In this document: piece by piece, positions 6,526-15,281 of the stretch | How the letters are laid out: each line of letters starts with the position of its first letter | How positions within the stretch are numbered: the stretch's first letter is position 1 | Assembly (NCBI GenBank): GCA_050178385.1 | Contig: JBFXGD010000053.1 | Span: 1 to 21,160 of the forward strand | Length of the DNA: 21,160 nucleotides | DNA from: Calditrichaceae bacterium | GTDB taxonomy: Bacteria > Calditrichota > Calditrichia > Calditrichales > JBFXGD01 | Reading direction: 5' to 3' | Notes under the pieces: generated by a model | What the model was told of the DNA's origin: nothing | What the model saw: only the letters and a program-made list of their open reading frames with translations | Database searches by the model: none | Program-made: the position numbers and the translations under genes

Positions 6526-6806
6526 CCTAACCCACCCCGGGCCTGATAAATCATGCCCTTCCCCTCCCTTATGCATAAGGGAGGGGATCGAGGGGAGGGT
6601 CAGTCCTTCAGCTCAATCAGAAAATTCGCCACGAAGAATCGTAAACAGCTGTTTTGGGATTAACAACCCAATTATCCTGACCAGCAGAATAGAGATTCCC
6701 GCTGTAATTGTTCGACCCCTACGGGGCCGCGGGATGTTATGGGGTCCGTTTTTCTACAAAAATGCCATCCCTTCTGGATTGGAGATCCAATTTTCTTTAC
6801 CCGCCC
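6526..6806. repeat. Composite module C + D (281 bp)
   Basis: Gap-free, near-identical to 8620-8900 (offset 2094); palindrome at 6560-6587. Confidence 0.95.
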
Positions 6807-6942
6807 TACACTTAACTCTTAACTCTTTTCTCTTAACGCTCTTTACTTCTTACTTCTTACTTCCTACTTCTTACTTCCTACTTCTTACTTTTCTTCTCTT
6901 TTTTCTTTTTTCTTTTATCTTTTATCTTAAACATCTTACTTC

Positions 6943-8328
6943 TTACTTATTCTTATTCTTCCTCCCCTCCATATCCTCCGGAACAGGCAATCCCATTCTG
7001 GTCAGGATCGTTGGAGCAATGTCGTAAATGCTAATTTCTTTTGTGTATTCTGGACTAATATCTCTGCCATTCATGATAAAGATTCCATAATAATCATGAT
7101 TAGCGCCATCCGGCCCGGTATCATTTTTATGGGTATAAATCCCCCCCAGGCCGACATTCCCAATAGAGCGCCATGCCAGATCATCAAAATAAATGAACAA
7201 ATCAGGCGCGATACCATTTACAACAGGATATTTTTCCGCCGCCGTAAAGGCGCGATTATTCATTGGATTTCCCGAATCATCCTTCAAATGCTGTATTTTT
7301 GATCTTATTTCCGCTAATAAATCCCGATATTGTGATTCCAAAACAATCCCCAGTGGTTCACGCCCCTTTAAATTTACAAAGAGCCTCCCGTAATACCCGC
7401 CTTCCCCCCAGGCCATCGTGCGGCTCCAGTCAACGAGTTCCGGAGTCAGTTTTACCGGTTTCTCAGGGATTTTTTTTAGGGTTAGATACCATTCCCTGAT
7501 CAGCCATTCGTTTATGCAAAAACCGCCTTTCATTGTTTTCGCACCGTGATCCGAAACAACGATAATATCTGTATCATTATCAAGACGCTTTAACAGCGAA
7601 CCGATTTCCATGTCAATATATTGATAGTATTTGTAAATGACCCGTTCATATTTATTCCCCGCGACATAATCGGGGCTGTCGGCGGCGAAATGATGCCAGA
7701 AGGCGTGATGAATCCTGTCCACACCCATTTCTACAAACATGAAGAAATCCCACCGCTGGTGATCCAACATATGACGAACAAGTTTGAATCGCGCTGCTGT
7801 CATTCCGTAAATATCTTTGAGTAACCGCATTTTCTCATCGGTTCTGAAATCCGACACATCCGGCAGATAATCTGGGGTGATACGATACAATTCATTTTTG
7901 AATTTCTTTGGCCATGTAAAATCCGCATCTTTTGACGGTGTCATCATCCCGGAAACAAGATATCCTTTAACGGGACGCGGCGGATAGGTCTGCGGCACAC
8001 CAATCACAATGGATGTCCGGCCATTTTTGGTCATGATATCCCATAGCCGATCGGCATGAACATACGATCCGTTTGCGATAAAAAGATCATCATACGAATG
8101 ATTTTTTCGGTTTCTGAATCCGTAAATCCCCAGTGTTCCGGGGCTTTTACTGCTCATCATGCTGGTCCATGCCGGGATAGTGATCGGCGGATCGGTGCTG
8201 CGCATTCGGGCGGAGTACCCATTATCGATCAAAGCTGCCAAATTAGGAAGATCATTTTTCCAGCGATTAAAGATTAAATCCGGATCAGCGCAATCCAGAC
8301 CAATAATGAAGGTTTTTCTGGTTTTCAT
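6943..8328 (-). CDS. Alkaline phosphatase superfamily protein (NPP-like), paralog 2
   Basis: IGLDCA, STDPPITIPAWTSMMS, GVDRIHH, VSDHG, DGANH and DIAPTIL...PEDMEG motifs. Confidence 0.9.
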   Translation of the reverse strand: MKTRKTFIIGLDCADPDLIFNRWKNDLPNLAALIDNGYSARMRSTDPPITIPAWTSMMSSKSPGTLGIYGFRNRKNHSYDDLFIANGSYVHADRLWDIMTKNGRTSIVIGVPQTYPPRPVKGYLVSGMMTPSKDADFTWPKKFKNELYRITPDYLPDVSDFRTDEKMRLLKDIYGMTAARFKLVRHMLDHQRWDFFMFVEMGVDRIHHAFWHHFAADSPDYVAGNKYERVIYKYYQYIDMEIGSLLKRLDNDTDIIVVSDHGAKTMKGGFCINEWLIREWYLTLKKIPEKPVKLTPELVDWSRTMAWGEGGYYGRLFVNLKGREPLGIVLESQYRDLLAEIRSKIQHLKDDSGNPMNNRAFTAAEKYPVVNGIAPDLFIYFDDLAWRSIGNVGLGGIYTHKNDTGPDGANHDYYGIFIMNGRDISPEYTKEISIYDIAPTILTRMGLPVPEDMEGRKNKNK

Positions 8329-8422
8329 ATTGATGCTTGTTTTCTATCTTATTGTCATTCCACGCCGGCCTTCCGAAAAAACCGTCGGAAATTCAGGTGA
8401 GCGGAACGGTCGAAATTCTTCA

Positions 8423-8538
8423 TTGTCTGAACTATGATTTATCTGATGATCTGAACACTCTGATTTCCAATTTCTTAATCATGCTTATCAGTTAATCATT
8501 CTAATTCACCCAAGGCGGACAGGTCACAGTTCAGACCA
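8423..8538. mobile_element. Module A complete copy, MITE-like non-autonomous element
   Basis: Terminal inverted repeats TTGTCTGAACTATGA (8423-8437) and TCACAGTTCAGACCA (8524-8538), 13/15 match; no target-site duplication or transposase seen. Confidence 0.45.
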
Positions 8539-8619
8539 GTTCTTCTCTTTTTTCTTTTTTCTTTTATCTTTTTTCTTAAAATTCTTACTTCCTACTTCCT
8601 ACTTCTTACTTCCTACTTT

Positions 8620-8900
8620 TCTAACCCACCCCGGGCCTGATAAATCATGCCCTTCCCCTCCCTTATGCATAAGGGAGGGGATCGAGGGGAGGGTCAGTCC
8701 TTCAGCTCAATCAGAAAATTCGCCACGAAGAATCGTAAACAGCTGTTTTGGGATTAACAACAAGGTTATCCTGACTAGCAGAATAGGGATTCCCGCTGTA
8801 ATTGTTCGACCCCTACGGGGCCGCGGGATGTTGTGGGGTCCGTTTTTCTACAAAAATGCCATCCCTTCGGGATTGGAGATCCAATTTTCTTTACCCGCCC
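8620..8900. repeat. Composite module C + D (281 bp)
   Basis: Near-identical to 6526-6806; palindrome at 8654-8681. Confidence 0.95.
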
Positions 8901-9015
8901 TACTCTTAACTCTTAACTCTTTTCTCTTAACGCTTTTAAATTCTTACTTCCTACTTCCCACTTCTTACTTTTCTTCTCTTTTTTCTTTTATCTTTTATCT
9001 TTTTTCTTAAACTTC

Positions 9016-9885
9016 TTACTTCCTACTTCTTACTTCTCTCACTTCCTCCCTCAGCCTCTCCACAATCTCCGGTGGAATGACAAGACCGCCTCTTCCGATT
9101 CCCGGTTCAACATCGGGTTTGGCCGAGCCATGAAAATCAGAACCGCCGGAAACAACCAAATTATTCTTCCCGGCGAATTTGACCAGCCATTCTGTCAAAT
9201 ATTTATCATGCCCCGGATAGTAGGCCTCTATTCCATCGAGTCCGACGGCTTTCATTTCGAGTATTTTTTCGCCCAGCTCACGGTAGGTTTCGTATTTCAG
9301 GCTTACCGGATGCGCGATGATCGCCAGCCCGCCGGCCCGGTGAATAAGCTCAATCGCCGGTTCCAATTTTAATTTTGTCTTTGGCACATATCCCGGCCGC
9401 CCTTTGCTCAGATATTTGTCAAATGCCTCATAAATATCGCTTACGACACCTTTCTTTATCAGTATCGCGGCGATATGAGGGCGCCCGGCGCTTCCCTGAC
9501 CGACAGCATCTATCAGATCATCGGCATCAATCGGTATCCCGGCTTCCCGCAATTTTTGAACGATCCTAAACGCGCGCTCTTCACGCGCTTTTTTAAGTTT
9601 GTTCAATTCTTCTATTAAAGTGACATTTTCCGGATCAAACAGCAGGCCGAGCATATGAAGATGAGCCCCACCGGTTAACTCCATATCAATACTGAGTTCA
9701 ACTCCCGGGATCACATCAACCCGCTTTTTTTCCCCGTACTCCCTTGCGGGAAGCACCCCGCCGATTTCGTCATGGTCTGTAACGGCAATGATTCCTACAT
9801 CACGCGCGCTGACATAATCGATGAGCTCTTCCGGGGAGAAGGAACCGTCTGAATAATTTGTATGCATATGAAGATCGATTAACAT
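9016..9885 (-). CDS. PHP-domain metal-dependent hydrolase (YciV/TrpH-like; possible 3',5'-nucleoside bisphosphate phosphatase)
   Basis: DLHMHTNYSDG, TDHD, GVELS, GRPHIA, IAHP and GGSDFHG motifs; start overlaps the upstream stop (TAATG). Confidence 0.9.
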   Translation of the reverse strand: MLIDLHMHTNYSDGSFSPEELIDYVSARDVGIIAVTDHDEIGGVLPAREYGEKKRVDVIPGVELSIDMELTGGAHLHMLGLLFDPENVTLIEELNKLKKAREERAFRIVQKLREAGIPIDADDLIDAVGQGSAGRPHIAAILIKKGVVSDIYEAFDKYLSKGRPGYVPKTKLKLEPAIELIHRAGGLAIIAHPVSLKYETYRELGEKILEMKAVGLDGIEAYYPGHDKYLTEWLVKFAGKNNLVVSGGSDFHGSAKPDVEPGIGRGGLVIPPEIVERLREEVREVRSRK

Positions 9886-10085
9886 TACAGATACCCCAGA
9901 TCTTCAAGACGTTTTTTTATTTCATCTGATTCATTATCTGAATATCCGTTTTCATTTTTAATTCCGCTCTGATCAATAAAATCCTGTAGCACAAATAATA
10001 CCAGATCATCAATCGATGTGAAGCTGGTTTCACCCAAATATTTTTCAAGTTCCCGCCATAGTTTATCGGGCAATTGTATATTCAT
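9885..10085 (-). CDS. Small protein with a CopG/ribbon-helix-helix-like N-terminus and an acidic tail ending EIKKRLEDLGYL
   Basis: 66-aa ORF, translationally coupled to the PHP gene; NIQLPDKLWREL...FTSIDDLVLFVLQ pattern. Confidence 0.75.
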   Translation of the reverse strand: MNIQLPDKLWRELEKYLGETSFTSIDDLVLFVLQDFIDQSGIKNENGYSDNESDEIKKRLEDLGYL

Positions 10086-10138
10086 CTCTTATTTTCCTCA
10101 TTTTTTCCTTTTGTAAAGATAGCAAACATAATACAAAT

Positions 10139-10164
10139 AAAAAAGGCGGAACAAGTCCGCCTTT
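10139..10164 (-). terminator. Intrinsic terminator after the nucleotide-sugar dehydrogenase genes
   Basis: AAAGGCGGA-5 nt loop-TCCGCCTTT (10142-10164) followed by a T-run on the minus strand. Confidence 0.75.
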
Positions 10165-10182
10165 ATCAGAATGGTGACCTGT

Positions 10183-11493
10183 TTAAGCTTTGATAATATT
10201 TTCCCGGTTTTCAGTCACATCTTTCGTGGCATTGCGGGTATCGACAACCAATTTTGAATTTCTCACTATAAATTCCCAGTCATAGACCGAGTGATCCGTT
10301 GAAATGAGAACACAGTCATATCCCGCCAGATTTTCAACCGTTAAATCAATGCTCTTTTTCTTGATGTCATACATGCGCATATCCGGGAGCGCCGGAATGA
10401 ACGGATCATTATAATCCACCATGGCGCCTTTTTCAAGCAAAAGTTCCATAAGCTTAAAGGATGGAGATTCACGCGGATCGTCAATATCTTTTTTATAAGC
10501 CGCGCCCAGAACAAGAATTTTTGCCCCCTTCATACTCTTACCGTGATCATTCAACGCGTCCATCACTTTTGAGATCACCCAGAAGGGCATGGATGTATTG
10601 ACTTCACCGGCAAGTTCTATAAATCGCGTATTCATTTCAAATTCACGGGCTTTCCAGGTTAGATAAAACGGATCGATTGGAATACAGTGACCTCCCAAAC
10701 CGGGCCCGGGGTAAAACGGCATATACCCGAAAGGTTTGGTCGATGCTGCGTTTATGACTTCCCACACATCGATCCCCATACGGTCAAGGATCATCTTCAT
10801 TTCATTGACAAGCGCGATATTGACACTCCGGAAAATATTCTCCAGAAGTTTTGTGGCTTCCGCCGCCTGACTGCTGGAAACCGGAATCGTTTTCACGATC
10901 ACTTTTTCATACAGCGCCATGGCCAGTTGCCGGGCATATTCGGTATTCGCGCCAACGACCTTCGGGATAGTGCGGGTGTTGTACTTTGGATTATTCGGAT
11001 CTTCTCTCTCAGGTGAAAAAGCCACCCAGAAATCACTGTCACCCTTTAGCCCCGATTCTTCCAGTATCGGTTTCAGGACTTCCTCCGTGGTTCCGGGATA
11101 GGTGGAGCTTTCAAGGACGATAAACTGTCCCTTCCGGATGTGCTTTGCCAATGTTTGAGCAGTACCCGTAATGAAGGACATATCCGGTTCGCGATGACGT
11201 GTCAGAGGTGTTGGTACGCAGATCAGAATACAATCTACATCCTTAATCCTGCTAAAATCATTTGTGGCTTCAAAGATTTTTGTATCCCTGACCGCCTTTA
11301 CCCTTTTTTCATCAATATGTTTGATATAAGATTTACCGTCGTTGAGCATTTCCACCTTGCGCCCGTCAATATCAAAACCGACCGTATTAAATCCCTGTTC
11401 AACAAACTCCATCAGCAGGGGAAGACCAACATACCCCAGGCCGACCACACCGATAACTGCTTCCTTCGAATTAATTTTATCAAGAAGATTCAT
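10183..11493 (-). CDS. wbpA: Nucleotide-sugar dehydrogenase, UDP-N-acetylglucosamine 6-dehydrogenase (WbpA/WecC-like)
   Basis: GLGYVG, ICVPTP, ESSTYPGTTEE, SPEREDP, KLLENIFR and GGHCIPIDP motifs; AGGAG at 11499-11503 favours the ATG at 11493 over the GTG at 11499. Confidence 0.85.
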   Translation of the reverse strand: MNLLDKINSKEAVIGVVGLGYVGLPLLMEFVEQGFNTVGFDIDGRKVEMLNDGKSYIKHIDEKRVKAVRDTKIFEATNDFSRIKDVDCILICVPTPLTRHREPDMSFITGTAQTLAKHIRKGQFIVLESSTYPGTTEEVLKPILEESGLKGDSDFWVAFSPEREDPNNPKYNTRTIPKVVGANTEYARQLAMALYEKVIVKTIPVSSSQAAEATKLLENIFRSVNIALVNEMKMILDRMGIDVWEVINAASTKPFGYMPFYPGPGLGGHCIPIDPFYLTWKAREFEMNTRFIELAGEVNTSMPFWVISKVMDALNDHGKSMKGAKILVLGAAYKKDIDDPRESPSFKLMELLLEKGAMVDYNDPFIPALPDMRMYDIKKKSIDLTVENLAGYDCVLISTDHSVYDWEFIVRNSKLVVDTRNATKDVTENRENIIKA

Positions 11494-11521
11494 AGACACT
11501 CCTGTTCGTTATAAGCTCGGA

Positions 11522-12859
11522 TCAAACTTTCGTATTAAATTTGAGATCCGGACGGCCAATTGAAAAATAGTTAATTCCAAAATTTTTCATACGCTCCGGA
11601 TTATACAGATTTCTTCCGTCAAATATAGCCGGATTATTTAACAGGTCTTTGATGAGATAAAAATCGGGCTCTCTGAACTCATTCCACTCAGTCATAATGA
11701 CAAGAGCGTCTGCGCCTTCGAGCGCTTCATACCGTTTATGGAAAAGGGTGATATCCTTTCCAACCCTGTCTTTAAAAATTCTTTCTGCCTCTTTTAGCGC
11801 TTCAGGATCATGCGCCTGAATTTTAGCCCCTTCAGCGGTGAACGCATCGATTATTGAAATGGCCGGAGCTTCACGCATATCATCAGTTTTAGGCTTGAAA
11901 GCCAGTCCCCAAATCGCGAAGGTTTTTCCTTTCAGGTCACCATTAAAATATGTTTTTATTTTATTTATTAATATCGTTTTCTGTCGGTCATTTACGTCTT
12001 CCACCGCCTGGAGAACATTCAGTTTCATCCCATATTCCTGAGCAGTTTTGATGATCGCTTTCACATCTTTAGGGAAACAGGATCCGCCATACCCGGTTCC
12101 CGGGAATATAAAATAAGGACCGATGCGTCGATCCGATCCGATCCCCTTACGAACCATTTCAATATTCGCGTCCATAAGGTCACATAAGTTCGCCATTTCA
12201 TTCATAAAGGATATCTTTGTCGCTAAAAGAGAATTCGCCGCGTACTTGGTAAGTTCCGCGCTTTTTTCATCCATGACAATAATGGGCTTACCTGTACGCA
12301 CAAAAGGAGCATAGAGATTCTTCATAATCTCCTGCGCTTCCGTATCGCTGGTCCCTACAATTACACGGTCGGGCTGCATAAAATCGTTGATCGCCGCGCC
12401 TTCTTTGAGAAATTCCGGATTAGAAACCACAGCAAACTCATGATCCGTATGCTTCCTGATTTCCGCTCTTACTTTCTCAGCGGTTCCAACCGGAACCGTA
12501 CTCTTATCGACGACTACCTTGTAGCTGTTCATGTATTTTCCAATATCTGACGCTACCGCAAGAACATATTTTAGATCGGCGGAACCATCTTCATCAGGGG
12601 GCGTGCCTACGGCAATAAAAATTATTTTTGATTCCTGAACGGCGCTTTTTATATCGGTGACAAACTTCAGACGCTCTTCACGCACATTCCGTTTGATCAT
12701 TTCTTCAAGACCCGGTTCATAAATCGGAATTTCACCCCGGTTTAACATATCTATTTTCTTTTCATTCACATCAACACAAATGACTTCGTTACCGGTATCG
12801 GCGAAACAGGTACCGGCCACGAGTCCGACATAACCGGTGCCAACAACTGCAACTTTCAC
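11522..12859 (-). CDS. ugd: UDP-glucose 6-dehydrogenase
   Basis: GTGYVGL, AVGTP, KSTVPVGT, SNPEFLKEG, GYGGSCFPKD and GLAFKPKTDDMRE motifs; GTG start with AAGGAG RBS. Confidence 0.93.
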   Translation of the reverse strand: MKVAVVGTGYVGLVAGTCFADTGNEVICVDVNEKKIDMLNRGEIPIYEPGLEEMIKRNVREERLKFVTDIKSAVQESKIIFIAVGTPPDEDGSADLKYVLAVASDIGKYMNSYKVVVDKSTVPVGTAEKVRAEIRKHTDHEFAVVSNPEFLKEGAAINDFMQPDRVIVGTSDTEAQEIMKNLYAPFVRTGKPIIVMDEKSAELTKYAANSLLATKISFMNEMANLCDLMDANIEMVRKGIGSDRRIGPYFIFPGTGYGGSCFPKDVKAIIKTAQEYGMKLNVLQAVEDVNDRQKTILINKIKTYFNGDLKGKTFAIWGLAFKPKTDDMREAPAISIIDAFTAEGAKIQAHDPEALKEAERIFKDRVGKDITLFHKRYEALEGADALVIMTEWNEFREPDFYLIKDLLNNPAIFDGRNLYNPERMKNFGINYFSIGRPDLKFNTKV

Positions 12860-12957
12860 ATCAAACTCCTTAGCTTCAATATTTGTATTCGTTTTAGCCT
12901 GAAAGCAAAGCTAAAAATAATTTCAATTAATCAATTTTTATTTATCCGGGATCACAA

Positions 12958-15237
12958 TTATCTTGAAAAAACACCGGGTTTTTTCGTTTTCATCTTTTTT
13001 CCGGGCTTTGAATAGTAGTTATGGTAATAATAATAGTAATAGCTTCCGTATGTTCCTTCCACATCCACGTTGTTCAGCAGGAATCCAAGTATACGAGCGC
13101 CGACATTATCGAGAAGCGACTGTGAACGCAAAAGCGCGTCACGGTTTGTCTGACCCGAGGAGACGATGATAATTACCCCGTCAACTTTTGTGCTCAGGAT
13201 TGCCGCGTCGGTAACCGCGATCACCGGCGGACTGTCAAATAAAATAATATCAAAATCTTCTTTGAGCCGTTCGAGCAATCCTTCCATTTTATGGGAAGAG
13301 ATGAGTTCGGATGGGTTCGGCGGGAGAATCCCGCTTGTTATAATAAACAGATTATTTATAGGTGTCGTTTTTGCCAGTTCTTCGTAGGGAATGGCATCCA
13401 TCAGATAGTTAGTGACTCCTGAATCCTTTTCCTGCCCGAAGATGGAATGCACAACGGGCCGGCGCAGATCGGCATCCACAAGCACGACCCTATTTCCCGA
13501 CTGAGCCATGGCAATGGCCAGATTGGCCGCCGTTGTTGATTTACCCTCTTTGGGTCCGGAACTCGTGACCAGGATCGTTTTGAGTTTCTCATCTATCTTA
13601 CTGAACTGCAGATTGGTTCTTAGAGTGCGATAAGCCTCCGAAACCGGCGACTTCGGATCAAAATGCGCTATCAGACGGGCTTCAATCTTTTTACCTTCGA
13701 TCGGGCCGAGTCTTGACAGTTTGCTTTCCATTTTTTTCTCTACTTTATCCGTCGCGATAGTCGGTATTGTACCCAGAATATTCAGCCCCATTCTCTCGAT
13801 ATCTTCATGAGTCTTGATGGTGTTGTCAAAATATTCCACGAGGAATATGAGACCGATTCCCAGTCCAAGACCTATCAGCGCACCAAGCATCAGATTCATT
13901 TTTTTCTTTGGTTTAACCGGCGCGTATGGTTCAATTGCTTCATCTATAATTCTGACTTCATTCCGCTGACCCGCTTCCTGGATTTTGGTTTCTTCCATTT
14001 TCTGAGTCATCATGATATAGGTTTGCTCATCCACCATCCTGCGTCGCTCCAGGCGAGCCAGCTCAAGAACTTTTTCCGGTAAAATTTCCATTTTTCTGTT
14101 GTATTCGTTCACCACATCCTGAAGCGCGCTAATTTTTGCGGTCAGTGTTTTTATCTCGGCATCACTTGTCAATAGTTGTGTCACCAGATCTTGCGAAATC
14201 TGAAAGGGATCTTTTACCATGCTCGAAGTCGATATCTTCCGCGCCTCTTCTTCCAATTTCTGCTTCATCGCTTTAATTTTATCGTCATATTGCTTTATAT
14301 TTGCTTCGAAATGCCTTTTGTTCACATCCTGGACTTCAATTTCGATGGCGGTTGTGTATTTGGTTCGTTCCGCTACAATGGATGCCAGTTCCTGCTGCAG
14401 AGAGCTGAGGTACGGTGTGGATATCTCACTCAGATCGGTCGATAAGGTCTGCTTCCTTTCATCCAGTTGTTTCGCGAGAGAGCTTTTCATTTCCAGCTTT
14501 GCCTGTAATTCCACCTGTGCCTGCTCAAGCATGGATTCCACTCCGGAAAGACGGCCGACCAATCCGGATGTTTCATCATCCAAACTGGCTACTTTTTCAC
14601 GTTCCTGGTAGTCCCTCAATCGTTCTTCCGACAACCGAAGCTCTTCACCTTTTTTTGATAACTGAGTTTCCAGAAATTTACGCAGATCGCTTATTTCGCC
14701 GCGGCTGGCCTCGGCATTCGCGTACTGAAATTCATCGGCTATGGTGTTGGCTATATAAGCGGACTCAAAAGGAGTGCTCGCCTGATAGGTAATCTGAATA
14801 ATATCCGTTTCTTTTTTATGGGAAACATCCATGCTTGATTTGATTACTCCGATCATTCCGCGCATTGTCAGATATTCGCCCTGGCTGTTTGGCTGGAAGA
14901 GCGCTAAGGAATCACGAACATCGGAGAGATCCAGTCTTTTTACAACCCGTTCTGAAAGCGAGCGGCTTCTAATAATTTCAAGCTGATTGGCGATGGTAGT
15001 GTTCTGCCCGCCAAAACCGCCCATATCATAAAATGTCCGCTCCATTGCCCCATTGCGGTCGATAATTACCGAAGTTGTCGATTCATATACGGGTGTCGCG
15101 GTCATGGTGTAATACAGCGTAAACAAAAATACCACCAGGAATGATATGAGAATTATCCATCTTCCACGGTATAGTATCCGCAGATAATCATTCAGACTTA
15201 ACTGTTGTTCGTTAAATTCCAGTTCATTTTGATCCAA
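12958..15237 (-). CDS. wzc: Polysaccharide co-polymerase / BY-kinase (Wzc/GumC family)
   Basis: Two TM segments flanking a coiled-coil periplasmic domain; SEAYRTLRTN, Walker A GPKEGKST, DADLRRP, DSPP; C-terminal Tyr cluster; TTG start with AAGGAG. Confidence 0.93.
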   Translation of the reverse strand: MDQNELEFNEQQLSLNDYLRILYRGRWIILISFLVVFLFTLYYTMTATPVYESTTSVIIDRNGAMERTFYDMGGFGGQNTTIANQLEIIRSRSLSERVVKRLDLSDVRDSLALFQPNSQGEYLTMRGMIGVIKSSMDVSHKKETDIIQITYQASTPFESAYIANTIADEFQYANAEASRGEISDLRKFLETQLSKKGEELRLSEERLRDYQEREKVASLDDETSGLVGRLSGVESMLEQAQVELQAKLEMKSSLAKQLDERKQTLSTDLSEISTPYLSSLQQELASIVAERTKYTTAIEIEVQDVNKRHFEANIKQYDDKIKAMKQKLEEEARKISTSSMVKDPFQISQDLVTQLLTSDAEIKTLTAKISALQDVVNEYNRKMEILPEKVLELARLERRRMVDEQTYIMMTQKMEETKIQEAGQRNEVRIIDEAIEPYAPVKPKKKMNLMLGALIGLGLGIGLIFLVEYFDNTIKTHEDIERMGLNILGTIPTIATDKVEKKMESKLSRLGPIEGKKIEARLIAHFDPKSPVSEAYRTLRTNLQFSKIDEKLKTILVTSSGPKEGKSTTAANLAIAMAQSGNRVVLVDADLRRPVVHSIFGQEKDSGVTNYLMDAIPYEELAKTTPINNLFIITSGILPPNPSELISSHKMEGLLERLKEDFDIILFDSPPVIAVTDAAILSTKVDGVIIIVSSGQTNRDALLRSQSLLDNVGARILGFLLNNVDVEGTYGSYYYYYYHNYYSKPGKKMKTKKPGVFSR

Positions 15238-15281
15238 CGATCTTCTCCTTTTTAATGATCAGCCGGCTTTGGAGCTTATCC

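Larger units (their letters stand above)
5926..6942. repeat. Mosaic intergenic repeat array 3: E-right, inverted B-like, D-head, E-right, E(F), C, D, with heptamer tracts
   Basis: Modules shared with the other arrays. Confidence 0.9.
8350..9015. repeat. Mosaic intergenic repeat array 4: E-head, B-left, A(F), C, D, with heptamer tracts
   Basis: Modules shared with the other arrays. Confidence 0.9.

Noticed and set aside
4544..8328. Calling the two AlkP-superfamily proteins sulfatases
   Set aside because: The formylglycine motif C/S-x-P-x-R is absent and the motifs are NPP-like
1003..9015. Possible CRISPR array
   Set aside because: There is no constant repeat alternating with unique spacers of regular length, the intervening sequences are themselves repeated, and no cas genes are present
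12906..12934. Promoter-like TTGATT-15 nt-TAGCTTTG (TAnnTTTG) upstream of ugd
   Set aside because: The spacing is suboptimal and the context is AT-rich; too weak to call without knowing the host sigma consensus
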